This document shows positions 37,449 to 49,400 of a DNA stretch of 64,000 bases, piece after piece. The translations under genes and the position numbers were made by a program. The notes below the pieces were generated by a model. That model saw nothing but the letters and a program-made list of their open reading frames with translations, was not told where the DNA came from and searched no databases. Every line of letters starts with the position of its first letter. The first letter of the stretch is position 1. Source of the DNA: Octopus sinensis (Eukaryota); the NCBI RefSeq assembly GCF_006345805.1, contig NC_043013.1:24862001-24926000 (forward strand). Direction: 5' to 3'.

Positions 37449-40400
37449 CACGACAGGCTTCTTTCAGTTTCCCTATACCAAATCCTATCACAATGCTTTG
37501 GTTGGCCCAAGGCTATAGTAGAAGACACTTGCCCAAGGTACCACACTGTGGGACTGAGCCCACGCCCATACGGTTGGGAAACAAGTTTCTTACCACACTG
37601 CCACTCATGCATGTTAGTCTTTTTTTTTTTTGGTGGTGGGGGCAGGGTTGTAGAAAATTCTAGAAAATAGTAATTTCTGAAAAATATGAATAGAATCAGC
37701 AAAACATTACGATGTTCAATTCTCCCTCACTTTTCTATGGAATTTCAATTTACAATGGGACTAGCTTAAGGTGACCCGCTCTATGCACGGGTGAGGGTGT
37801 GGTTGTTACTTTCTGTTGCTTCCTTTCTGTTTCTTATCGCTACATTCTCCCTCTTTGTTTCTCTCTCCTTTCTCTCTCACTTTCCCACTCTCTTACTCTT
37901 CCTTTCCCTCGGACTCTCCCTCACTTTCACTTACGCGTGCACGTAAAATCACAAAAATAACTCAAAATTACTTAAAATTTTGTGAAATTTGATACTTTTT
38001 TCTGGTATATTTTGACGGTTCATGATGCAAATGAAAGCTAAAATTTTGGCCTTTAACACAATGCCATTTTTACCCATGTCAAACAAATAATGCAAAAAGA
38101 AAAATATTAAATCTAAAAATAGGGCAAAAATGTACTCTTTTTAAAAGTTGAAAACTTTTACCCCACTTTCCAAAACTCCCCAAATTTTTACACTTACAAT
38201 GAAAGATAACCGCCTCTAGTCCCTGCAGTAACACGAAAAGCCACCATTATTCAAACAGCGCAACCTGTCTATCCCATAAAACTCAATTTTTCCCATATTC
38301 ACCATGGCAACCAAACAGTAGCCCCAAGCAACTTGCAACCCTCCTCACACCATTGCCCACCCCATTTTACCCCCCAGTGTAAAATTTGGCATCAATCCGA
38401 CCCCATCTACCATTCCCATCCCAAAATCAGACAAACAACCAAGAAATCAAACAACTTTTTCGCATTTCAGTTTTATAGATATTGATGATGATAATTTTAT
38501 ATTTCAGAATTCAATTATCCTGCAAATGAATTGTTTCTATGGTCAGTTCTTTTAAACCGGCAAGAAATGGCATTTCTGTTTTGGAAAGAAGGAATGGTAA
38601 GTTAGATTGTTACAAGAACTATATTTTGTCTTTTATCTTTTATTTGTTACTTTTATCTTTTACTTGTTGTTTGTTTGTTTGTCCGTGGACAAAATATCTC
38701 AAGAACTGCTAGATGGATTCAGATGAAACTTCCAGGGATGTTTGGCCTCATGACTGGCACAAACTGATTAGATTTGGGGATCGATCTGGTACCAGACATG
38801 GATTCTGGATAATTTTCCGTTTTTTTTTACTTAATTTTTTAGAGCGGTCAGGTTCATTTTTAGTATTCTCGTTTGTGAGAGCAATCAAGTATATTTCAGA
38901 TATTCTCATTTTAAAAATCATCTCTGGCTAATCTTTGAGAGGATGTTGGTGTTGCCTTGGCAGAGGTTTGCACTCTCTGAGTGCTCTTGTTTCTGTCATT
39001 AGACTGTGACCATACTGGAGCATTGTTTTCAAGAATTTTTAGTCAAATGAATCAACCCCCAATACTTTTTATTTTTTCTTTAAACCTGGTACTTATTCTA
39101 TTGGTCTTTTTTGCTGAACCACTAAGTTATGGTGATGTAAGTACACCAACACTGGTTGTCAAGTGGTGAGTGAGAAACACACACAAATACACATATAACA
39201 ATAGGCTTCTTTCAGTTTTTCCCTACCAAATCCACTCACAAGGCTTTGGTTGACCTGAGACTATTGTGGAAGACACTGATCCAAGGTGCCATGCAGTGGG
39301 ACTGAACCTCGAACCATGTAGTTGGTAAGCAAGCATCTTACCACACAGCCATACCTGCACCTAATAATTATTTTTTTGTTCTTGGCACATCATCAACATC
39401 ATCATCATTTAGCATCCGTTGTCCATGCTGGCATGGGTTAAAGCCAGTTTTGGCAGAGAACTGTTACAGACATTTCAACCAATGTTACACTGCTTTCATT
39501 TGCCAACAACAGCCTTTGGCTCCAGCCTGGCCTGTGTCACACATAATCAGTTAATGCTTTGATACTGATTTTCAGGGTGGTCTCTCTTTTGCAATACACA
39601 ATGCTGGTGATAGCCAAATAACTTGAAATGCATTCATTATTCTGCCAGAAGTTGCCATGAAGTGACTGCTGGTGTTTTTAACACCTTTTTTTTACCTAAA
39701 GCAAGAATTTTTTTCTCCACAGCAAACTACAATGAAAACTGCCATTTTTACAAGTCAAATATGTCACAAACACGAATTTAGCAGTGCCATCTCTAGCCAA
39801 GCAGTTCTTCTATACTGACAAAGAGAAATAACCCAGAAACTGGGGTATACAGATATTGCTTTGTGCTGAGTAGGGATGCTAAACCCCCTTGTTCGAAAAT
39901 ACAAGGACACAGATGATGTTTCTTGGGGCTAAATAACAGTAACATTCATCCTAACCAGGACTACCACATTATGCTGGCAAATAATCTTTACTCTAGAGTA
40001 TTGTTACTGAATGTTTCTCATTAAGAGATTCAGAGATAATAATTTTTCTGTATATTTGAACTACTTTGAATGTTTATTGAGATTCTGTTTTATATGACCA
40101 AAAAATAACTCCAAGGGGAACTGAATGTAAAATGACAAAGTTAAATTAATACAAAGCCTTTATGGATTTATGGATTGATATGGCTCAATTTGGTCATGTG
40201 GTTCAGCTTGGTCATGTGGTTCAGCTTGGTCATGTGGCTCAGCTTGGTCATGTGGCTCAGCTTGCTCGTGTAGCTCAGCTTTCTCATACAACTTAACTTG
40301 CTTATGTGGTTCGGTTTTTACAAGTGGCTCAGTTTACTCATGTTACTCAGCTTGCTCATGTAGTTCATCTTGTTCATACAGCTCAGGTTATCCATGTGAC

Positions 40401-43400
40401 TCAGCTTGCTTATTTGACTCATGCAATTTTAAACTGCATTTTTTCAACACTCCGAGCATAAATGAGCATAGAGTGACTCAATTCATGGACTCATTTAAAC
40501 ATGCAGACATTCATAATTCAACCTCTTTTCATCGTTCCATGTCCTATTAAAACTTTTTTGATGTTTCCAGGAAGAAGTATATAGTTTCATATGAAACATT
40601 AAAATTCATATTACGGAGATGTACTTGCATAGCATGTGACCTGATCTGAAATCGTGTGCTGGAATAAAAACAATTGCAGCGTGGAAGGTGTTTATAAACC
40701 ATTTAAAAACACACAAAAACTATTAGATTCACTTCAACATTTAAATTCATAATTAATCAATAAAGAACAAAAGCAATTTTCATTCTTCATGTTGTTATTG
40801 TTATTGTTGTTGTTTAATTCGTCTTCTGCCTGTTTCAATGTGTTAACATTTAGTGCTTCTTTTACTAGGAGGCTTTACCATCTGCTTTAGTCGCAAATAA
40901 ATTGCTCAAGTCCTTGAAACTCCGGTCTAAAGATTATGACCAAAAGATCAAACTTCAGGAACATGCTGAGTAAGTCTATAAATATATATATATCATTATC
41001 CTCATTATTATCAGAAAAATAACTGTTTGCAACAGTTTCCAAATCTTTTTCCTTAATCCCTTAAGTGCAAATAAAATCTTGTATATTATAGAATTTTATG
41101 TGTCGTGTATTTCTAAAATGAAAGTGTTGGCCCATTGGTTCCCAACCCTTTTATTTAAATGAGTTTTCCCACAGACCCCATTTAATATGCTTATCCTTAT
41201 GTGTGTGTGTATGAAATAGGAATAAGAATGTGCATTGTCCGTTTAACTAGAAAATTCTATATGTGACTGAAGATTGCTCGACATTTTAAAACTGATGTAA
41301 TACTTACAGTGTTTAATAAAATGAAGTAGTATATATATTATATATATATTCCTGACATTCCTGACATTCCTGACATTCCAGACATTCCTGAAATTCCTGA
41401 CATTCCTGACATTTGAACCGGTTTGATCAGGCTTGATCCAGTTTGAACCGGTTTGATCCGGTTTGAACCGGCTTGATCTGGTTTGATCCAGTTTGATCCG
41501 GTTTGTCGGCACCGTATTTGATCTTTGTCGGCACACTATTTGATCTCTGTCGGCACCGTCTTTGATCTTTGTCGGCACACTCCTTGATCTCTATCGGCAC
41601 CGTCTTTGATCTCTGTCAGCACCCTCTTTGATCTTTGTCGGAACACTCTTTGATCTCTGACATTCCTCACATTCCAAACATTCCAGACATTCCTGATATT
41701 CCAGACATTCCTTACATTCCAGACATTCCTGACATTCCAGACATTACTGAAATTCCAGACATTCCTAACATTTGAACCGGTTTGATCAGGCTTGATCCAA
41801 TTTGAACCGGTTTGATCCGGTTTAAACCGGTTTGGACCGGTTTGATCTGGTTTGAACCAGTTTGTCGGGACCACACTTGATCTTTATCGGCACCGTCTTT
41901 GATCTCTGTCGGCACTATCTTTGATCTTTGTCGGCACACTCTTTGATCTCTGTCGGCACAATCTTTGATCTCTGTCGGCACACTCTTTGATCTCTGTCGG
42001 CACCGTATTTGATCTCTGACATTCCTCACATTCCAAACATTCCCAACATTCCAGACATTCCTGACATTCCAAACATTGCTGACATTCCAGACATTCCTGA
42101 CATTTGAACCGGTTTGATCATGCTTGATCCAGTTTGAACCGGTTTGATCCGGTTTGAACCGGTTTGTCGGTACCGTATTTGATCTTTGTCGGCACACTCC
42201 TTGATCTCTATCGGCACCGTCTTTGATCTCTGTCGGCACCGTCTTTGATCTTTGTCGGCACACTCTTTGATCTCTGTCGGCACCGTCTTTGATCTCTGAC
42301 ATTCCTCACGTTCCAAACATTCCTGACATTCCAGACATTCCTGACATTCCTGACATTCCTGACATTCCTGATCTTTTTCGACACCCTCTTTGATCTTTTT
42401 CGGCACCCTCTTTGATCTCTTTCGGCACCCTCTTTGATCTTTGTCGGCACTCCTCTTTGATCGTTGTCGGCACTCCTCTTTGATCTTTGTCGGTACTACT
42501 CTTTGATCTTTGTCGGCACTCCTCTTTGATCTCTTTCGGCACCCTCTTTGATCTTTGTCGGCACTCCTCTTTGATCTTTGTCGACACCCATCTTTGATCT
42601 TTGTCGGCACTCATCTTTGATCTTTGTCGGTACTCCACTTTGATCTTTGTCGGCACTCATCTTTGATCTTTGTCGGCACCCTCTTTGATCTCTTTCGGCA
42701 CCCTATTTGATCTTTGTCGGCACTCCTCTTTGATCTTTGTCGGCACACCTCTTTGATCTTTGTCGGCACTCATCTTTGATCTTTGTCGGCACTCATCTTT
42801 GATCTCTTTCGGCACCCTCTTTGATCTTTTTCGTTACGCTCTTTGATCTCTTCCGAGACTTCTCTTTGATCTCTTTCGGCACCCGCTTTGATCTTTGTCG
42901 GCACACTCTTTGATCTCTGTCGGCACAATCTTTGATCTCTGTCTGCACATTCTTTGATCTCTGTCGGCACCGTATTTGATCTCTAAAATTCCTCACATTC
43001 CAAACATTCCTGACATTCCAGACATTCCTGACTTTCCAAACATTCCTGACATTCCAGACATTCCTGAAATCCCTGACATTCCTGACATTTGAACCGGTTT
43101 GATCATGCTTGATCCAGTTTGAACCGTTTGTCGGTACCGTATTTGATCTTTGTCGGCACACTCCTTGATCTCTATCGGCAACGTCTTTGATCTCTGTCGG
43201 CACCGTCTTTGATCTTTGTCGGCACACCCTTTGATCTCTGTCGGCACCGTCTTTGATCTCTGTCGGCACCGTCTTTGATCTCTGACATTCCTCACGTTCC
43301 AAACATTCCTGACATTTCTGACATTCCAAACATTCCTGATCTTTTTCGGCACCCTCTTTGATCTTTTTCGGCACCCTCTTGGATCTCTTTCGGCACCCTC

Positions 43401-46400
43401 TTTGTTCTTTGTCGGCACTCCTCTTTGATCTTTGTCGGCACTCCTCTTTGATCTTTGTCGGCACTCCTCTTTGATCTTTGTCGGTACTCCTCTTTGATCT
43501 TTGTCGGCACTCCTCTTTGATCTCTTTCGGCACCCTCTTTGATCTTTGTCGGCACTCCTCTTTGATCTTTATCGGCACTACTCTTTGATCTCTTTCGGCA
43601 CCCTCTTTGATCTTTGTCTGCACTCATCTTTGATCTTTGTCGGCACCCCTCTTTGATCTTTGTCGACACTCATCTTTGATCTTTGTCGGCACTCCTTTTG
43701 ATCTTTGTCGGCACTCCTCTTTGATCTCTTTCAGCACCCTCTTTGATCTTTGTCGGCACTCCTCTTTGATCTTTGTCGGCACTCATCTTTGATCTTTGTC
43801 AGCACACCTCTTTGATCTCTTTCGGCACCCTCTTTGATCTTTGTCGGCACTCCTCTTTGATCTTTGTCGGCACTCCTCTTTGATCTTTGTCGGCACTACT
43901 CTTTGATCTTTGTCGGCACTCCTCTTTGATCTTTGTCGACACCTATCTTTGATCTTTGTCGGCACGCATCTTTGTCGGCACTCATCTTTGATCTTTGTCG
44001 GCACTCATCTTTGATCTTTGTCGGCACTCCTCTTTGATCTTTGTCGACACTCCTATTTGATCTTTGTCGGCACTCCTCTTTGATCTTTGTCGGCACTCCT
44101 CTTTGATCTTTGTCGGCACTACTCTTTGATCTTTGTCGGCACTCCCCTTTGATCTTTGTCGGCACTCCTCTTTGATCTTTGTCGGCACTCATCTTTGATC
44201 TTTGTCGGCACTCTACTTTGATCTTTGTCGGCACTCATCTTTGATCTTTGTCGGCACTCCTCTTTGATCTTTGTCGGCACACATCTTTGATCTTTGTCGG
44301 CACTCATCTTTGATCTTTGTCGGCACTCTTCTTTGATCTCTGTCGGCACCCTCTTTGATCTTTTTCGTTACCCTCTTTGATCTCTTTCAAGACTTCTCTT
44401 TGATCTCTTTCGGCACCTGCTTTGATCTTTGTCGGCACACTCTTTGATCTCTGTCGGCACAATCTTTGATCTCTGTCGGCACACTCTTTGATCTCTGTCG
44501 GCACCGTATTTGATCTCTGACATTCCTCACACTCCAAACATTCCTGACATTCCAGACATTCCTGACATTCCAAACATTCCTGACATTCCTGACATTCCAG
44601 ACATTCCTGACATTCGAGACATTCCTGACATTCCTGACATTTGAACCGGTTTGATCATGCTTGATCCAGTTTGAACCGGTTTGTCGGTACCGTATTTGAT
44701 CTTTGTCGGCACACTCCTTGATCTCTATCGGCACCGTCTTTGATCTCTGACATTCCTCACGTTCCAAACATTCCTGACATTCCAGACATTCCTGACATTC
44801 CAAATATTCACGATCTTTTTCGGCACCCTCTTTGATCTTTTTCGGCACCCTCTTTGATCTTTGTCGGCACTCCTCTTTGATCTTTGTCGGCACTCCTCTT
44901 TGATCTTTGTCAGCACAACACTTTGATCTTTGTCGGCACTCCTCTTTGATATTTGTCGACACCTATCTTTGATCTTTGTCGGCACTCATCTTTGATCTTT
45001 GTCGGCACTCATCTTTGATCTTTGTCGGTACTCCTCTTTGATCTTTGTCGACACTCCTATTTGATCTTTGTCGGCACTCCTCCTTGATCTCTTTCGGCAC
45101 TCCTCTTTGATCTTTGTCGGTACTCCTCTTTGATCTTTGTCGGCACTCCTCTTTGATCTCTTTCGGCACCCTCTTTGATCTTTGTCGGCACTCCTCTTTG
45201 ATCTTTGTCGGCACCCCTCTTTGATCTTTGTCGACACTCATCTTTGATCTTTGTCGGCACTCCTTTTGATCTTTGTCGGCACTCCTCTTTGATCTCTTTC
45301 AGCACCCTCTTTGATCTCTTTCAGCACCCTCTTTGATCTCTTTCAGCACCCTCTTTGATCTCTTTCAGCACCCTCTTTGATCTTTGTCGGCACTCGTCTT
45401 TGATCTTTGTCGGCACACCTCTTTGATCTCTTTTGGCACCCTCTTTGATCTTTGTCGGCACTCCTCTTTGATCTTTGTCGGCACTCCTCTTTGATCTTTG
45501 TCGGCACTCCTCTTTGATCTTTGTCGGCACTCCTCTTTGATCTTTCTCGACACCTATCTTTGATCTTTGTCGGCACTCATCTTTGATCTTTGTCGGCACT
45601 CCTCTTTGATCTTTGTCGACACTCCTATTTGATCTTTGTCGGCACTCCTCCTTGATCTCTTTCGGCACTTCCTCTTTGATCTCGTTCGGCACCCTCTTTG
45701 ATCTCTTTCGGCACCCTATTTGATCTTTGTCGGCACTCCTCTTTGATCTTTGTCGGCACTCCTCTTTGATCTTTGTCGGCACTACACTTTGATCTTTATC
45801 GGCACTCCTCTTTGATCTTTGTCGACACCTATCTTTGATCTTTGTCGGCACTTATCTTTGATCTTTGTCGGCACTCATCTTTGATCTTTGTCGGTACTCC
45901 TCTTTGATCTTTGTCGACACTCCTATTTGATCTTTGTCGGCACTCCTCCTTGATCTCTTTCGGCACTCCTCTTTGATCTTTGTCGGTACTCCTCTTTGAT
46001 CTTTGTCGGCACTCCTCTTTGATCTCTTTCGGCACCCTCTTTGATCTTTGTCGGCACTCTTCTTTGATCTTTGTCGGCACCCCTCTTTGATCTGTGTCGA
46101 CACTCATCTTTGATATTTGTCGGCACTCCTTTTGATCTTTGTCGGCACTCCTCTTTGATCTCTTTCAGCACCCTCTTTGATCTTTGTCGGCACTCCTCTT
46201 TGATCTTTGTCGGCACTCGTCTTAGATCTTTGTCGGCACTCCTCTTTGATCTCTTTTGGCACCCTCTTTGATCTTTGTCGGCACTCCTCTTTGATCTTTA
46301 TCGGCACTCCTCTTTGATCTTTGTCGGCACTCCTCTTTGATCTTTGTCGGCACTCCTCTTTGATCTTTGTCGACACCTATCTTTGATCTCTGTCGGCACT

Positions 46401-49400
46401 CATCTTTGATCTTTGTCGGCACTCCTCTTTGATCTTTGTCGACACTCCTATTTGATCTTTGTCGGCACTCCTCCTTGATCTCTTTCGGCACTTCCTCTTT
46501 GATCTCGTTCGGCACCGTCTTTGATCTCCTTCGGCACCCTCTTTGATCTTTGTCGGCACTCCTCTTTGATCTTTGTCGGCACTCCTCTTTGATCTTTGTC
46601 GGCACTCCTCTTTGATCTTTGTCGGCACTACTCTTTGATCTTTGTCGGCACTCCTCTTTGATCTTTGTCGGCACTCCTCCTTGATCTTTGTCGTCACCCC
46701 TCTTTGTCGGCACTCATCTTTGATCTTTGTCGGCACTCCTCTTTGATCTTTGTCGGCACTCCTCTTTGATCTTTGTCGACACCCATCTTTGATCTTTGTC
46801 GGCACTCATCTTTGATCTTTGTCGACACTCCTCTTTGATCTTTGTCGGCACTCATCTTTGATCTTTGTCGGCACTACTCTTTGATCTTTGTCGGCACTCC
46901 TCTTTGATCTTTGTCGGCACTCCTCCTTGATCTTTGTCGACACCCATCTTTGTCGGCACTCATCTTTTATCTTTGTCGGCACTCCTCTTTGATCTTTGTC
47001 GGCACTCCTCTTTGATCTTTGTCGACACCCATCTTTGATCTTTGTCGGCACTCATCTTTGATCTTTGTCGACACTCCTCTTTGATCTTTGTCGGCACTCA
47101 TCTTTGATCTTTGTCGGCACTCCTCTTTGATCTTTGTCGGCACTCATCTTTGATCTTTGTCGGCACTCCTCTTTGATCTTTGTCGGCTCTCCTCTTTGAT
47201 CTTTGTCGGCACTCCTCTTTGATCTTTGTCGGCACTCCTCTTTGATCTTTGTCGGCACACCTCTTTGTTCTTTTTCGGCACTCATCTTTGATCTTTGTCG
47301 GCACTCCTCTTTGATTTCTTTCGGCGCCCTCTTTGATCTTTTTCGTTTCCCTCTTTGATCTGTTTCGAGACTTCTCTTTGATCTCTTTCGGCACCCTCTT
47401 TGATCTCGTTCAGCACCCCTCTTTGATCTCGTTCGGGACTCCTCTTTGATCTCTTTCGGCACCCTCTTTGATCTCTTTCGGCACCTTCTTTGGTCTTTTT
47501 CGTTACCCTCTTTGATCTTTTTCGGCACCCTCTTTGATCTCGTTCGGGTCTCCTCTTTGATCTCTTTCGGTACCCTGTTTGATCTTTTTCGTTACCCTCT
47601 TTGATCTCTTTCGGGAATTCTCTTTGATCTCTTTCGGCACCCTCTTTGATCTCGGTCGGGACTCCTCTTTGATCTCTTTCGGCACCCTCTTTGATCAGGT
47701 AATTAATTAATAAATAGTAATTCATTAATTACCTCTCTATTCTCTCATCTTATTATTATGATAAATAAAATATATATAAACCACAGTTTAAATAGTTACC
47801 TTGCAGTGAAGTATTAGATATAATGTTCAATACTCTTTGTATAGGTAATTAACCAGTACTTTCATAGGATTCTGCTATCCTTGAATGAGGTTTGTAACCT
47901 TTAATTGTGCTTCTATATATATTTATGAAATTTTGAATTTAGTTCAAGGACCCTTCAGTACTACCTTTGAGGACCACCGGGAGTCCACGGACCACAGTTT
48001 GGGAACCACTGTATTAACTAATCAAGCGACTGCTGAGTGTCCATATGTTCTTCAGATAAAAAATCACAGGGGCTTCTTAAATAGATTACCCAATAAAACT
48101 GGCATTGAGTTGGCTATGATGACGAGTGTTCCAGTTGATCCAATCAATAGAACAGCCTGCTCGTGAAATTAGCTTCCAAGTAGCTGAGTATTCCACAGAC
48201 ATACATACTCTTAACTCTTCACCATTCAAACCAGCCATATCCGACCAAAATGTTTAATCTGTTTTATGTTGAAACTGGCCAGATCATACATCTCACTCAA
48301 ACCCTACAATGTCATTCTAAAATTAAACAATCACATGAAACTATCTAAACTACAAGATAGTACATGTTAAATTCATTTATATTGTTAAACAATATAAATA
48401 AACAAACATTATATTTGACAGTGTTACAGTGAATACTAAAGGGTTAATGTAGTTCTCAGAGAGATTCTGCAGGACACGGTGTATGATGAGGCTGACCCTT
48501 TGAAATACAGGTACTACTCATTTTGGCCAGTGAGTGCACAGGAGCAACATGGAATAAAGTGTTTTACTCAAGGACACAAATGCAACACCAGGAATCAAAC
48601 TCATGACCTTATGATTGGCAGTCAAATACCCTTACCACTAAGCCATACTCTATCACTCCACCCAAAACTGACTGATTATAAACTGTCAAATATTGTTGTA
48701 TTTCAGGACAGTATTTTTTTTTTTGCCAATTAAACACACACACTATATTTGTTTTTTAACTCATGTCAAATAAAAGCAGTAAACTTTTCTACTCTGGGCA
48801 CAAGGCCCGAAATTTTGGGGGAGGGGGGCAGTTGATAAGATCGACTCCAGTATGCAACTGGTACTTAATTTATCAATCCTGAAAGGATGAAAGGGTAAGT
48901 CAACCTCGGCGGAATTTGAACTCAGAACATAAAAGACAGATGAAATATCACTAAGCATTTCACCCAGCGTGCTAACGATTCTACCAGCTCACCACCTTAT
49001 TAATAATAAGAATAATCATGATAATGATAGTAATAATAATGATAATAACAATAATAGTAATAATAATAATCTTTTCTGCTCTAGGCACAAGGCCTGAAAT
49101 TTGGGAGGAGTGGGCCAGGCGATCAGATCAACTCCAGTACACAACTGGTACTTAATTTATCAACCTTGAAAGGATGAAAGGGAAAGTCGACCTCCGTGGA
49201 ATTTGAACTCAGAATGTAAAAACAGACAAAATACCGCTAAACATTTCGCCCGGCATGCTAATGATTCTACCAGCTCTCTGTCTTAAGAACGGTAATAAAT
49301 GAATGAAGAACAAATATGTAGTGTGTGTGTTTGTTTGGCAGACAACAGGAAAGCAAGAAATGACCATCCTGAAAGACAACAAATATCTGTTTCAACATAA

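Noticed and set aside
41243-47725. Dozens of minus-strand ORFs ([23 protein letters not shown]...) as protein-coding genes
   Set aside because: All three frames give the same cyclic peptide because the unit is 23 nt and lacks stops; there is no splice structure or domain. They are a by-product of the satellite.
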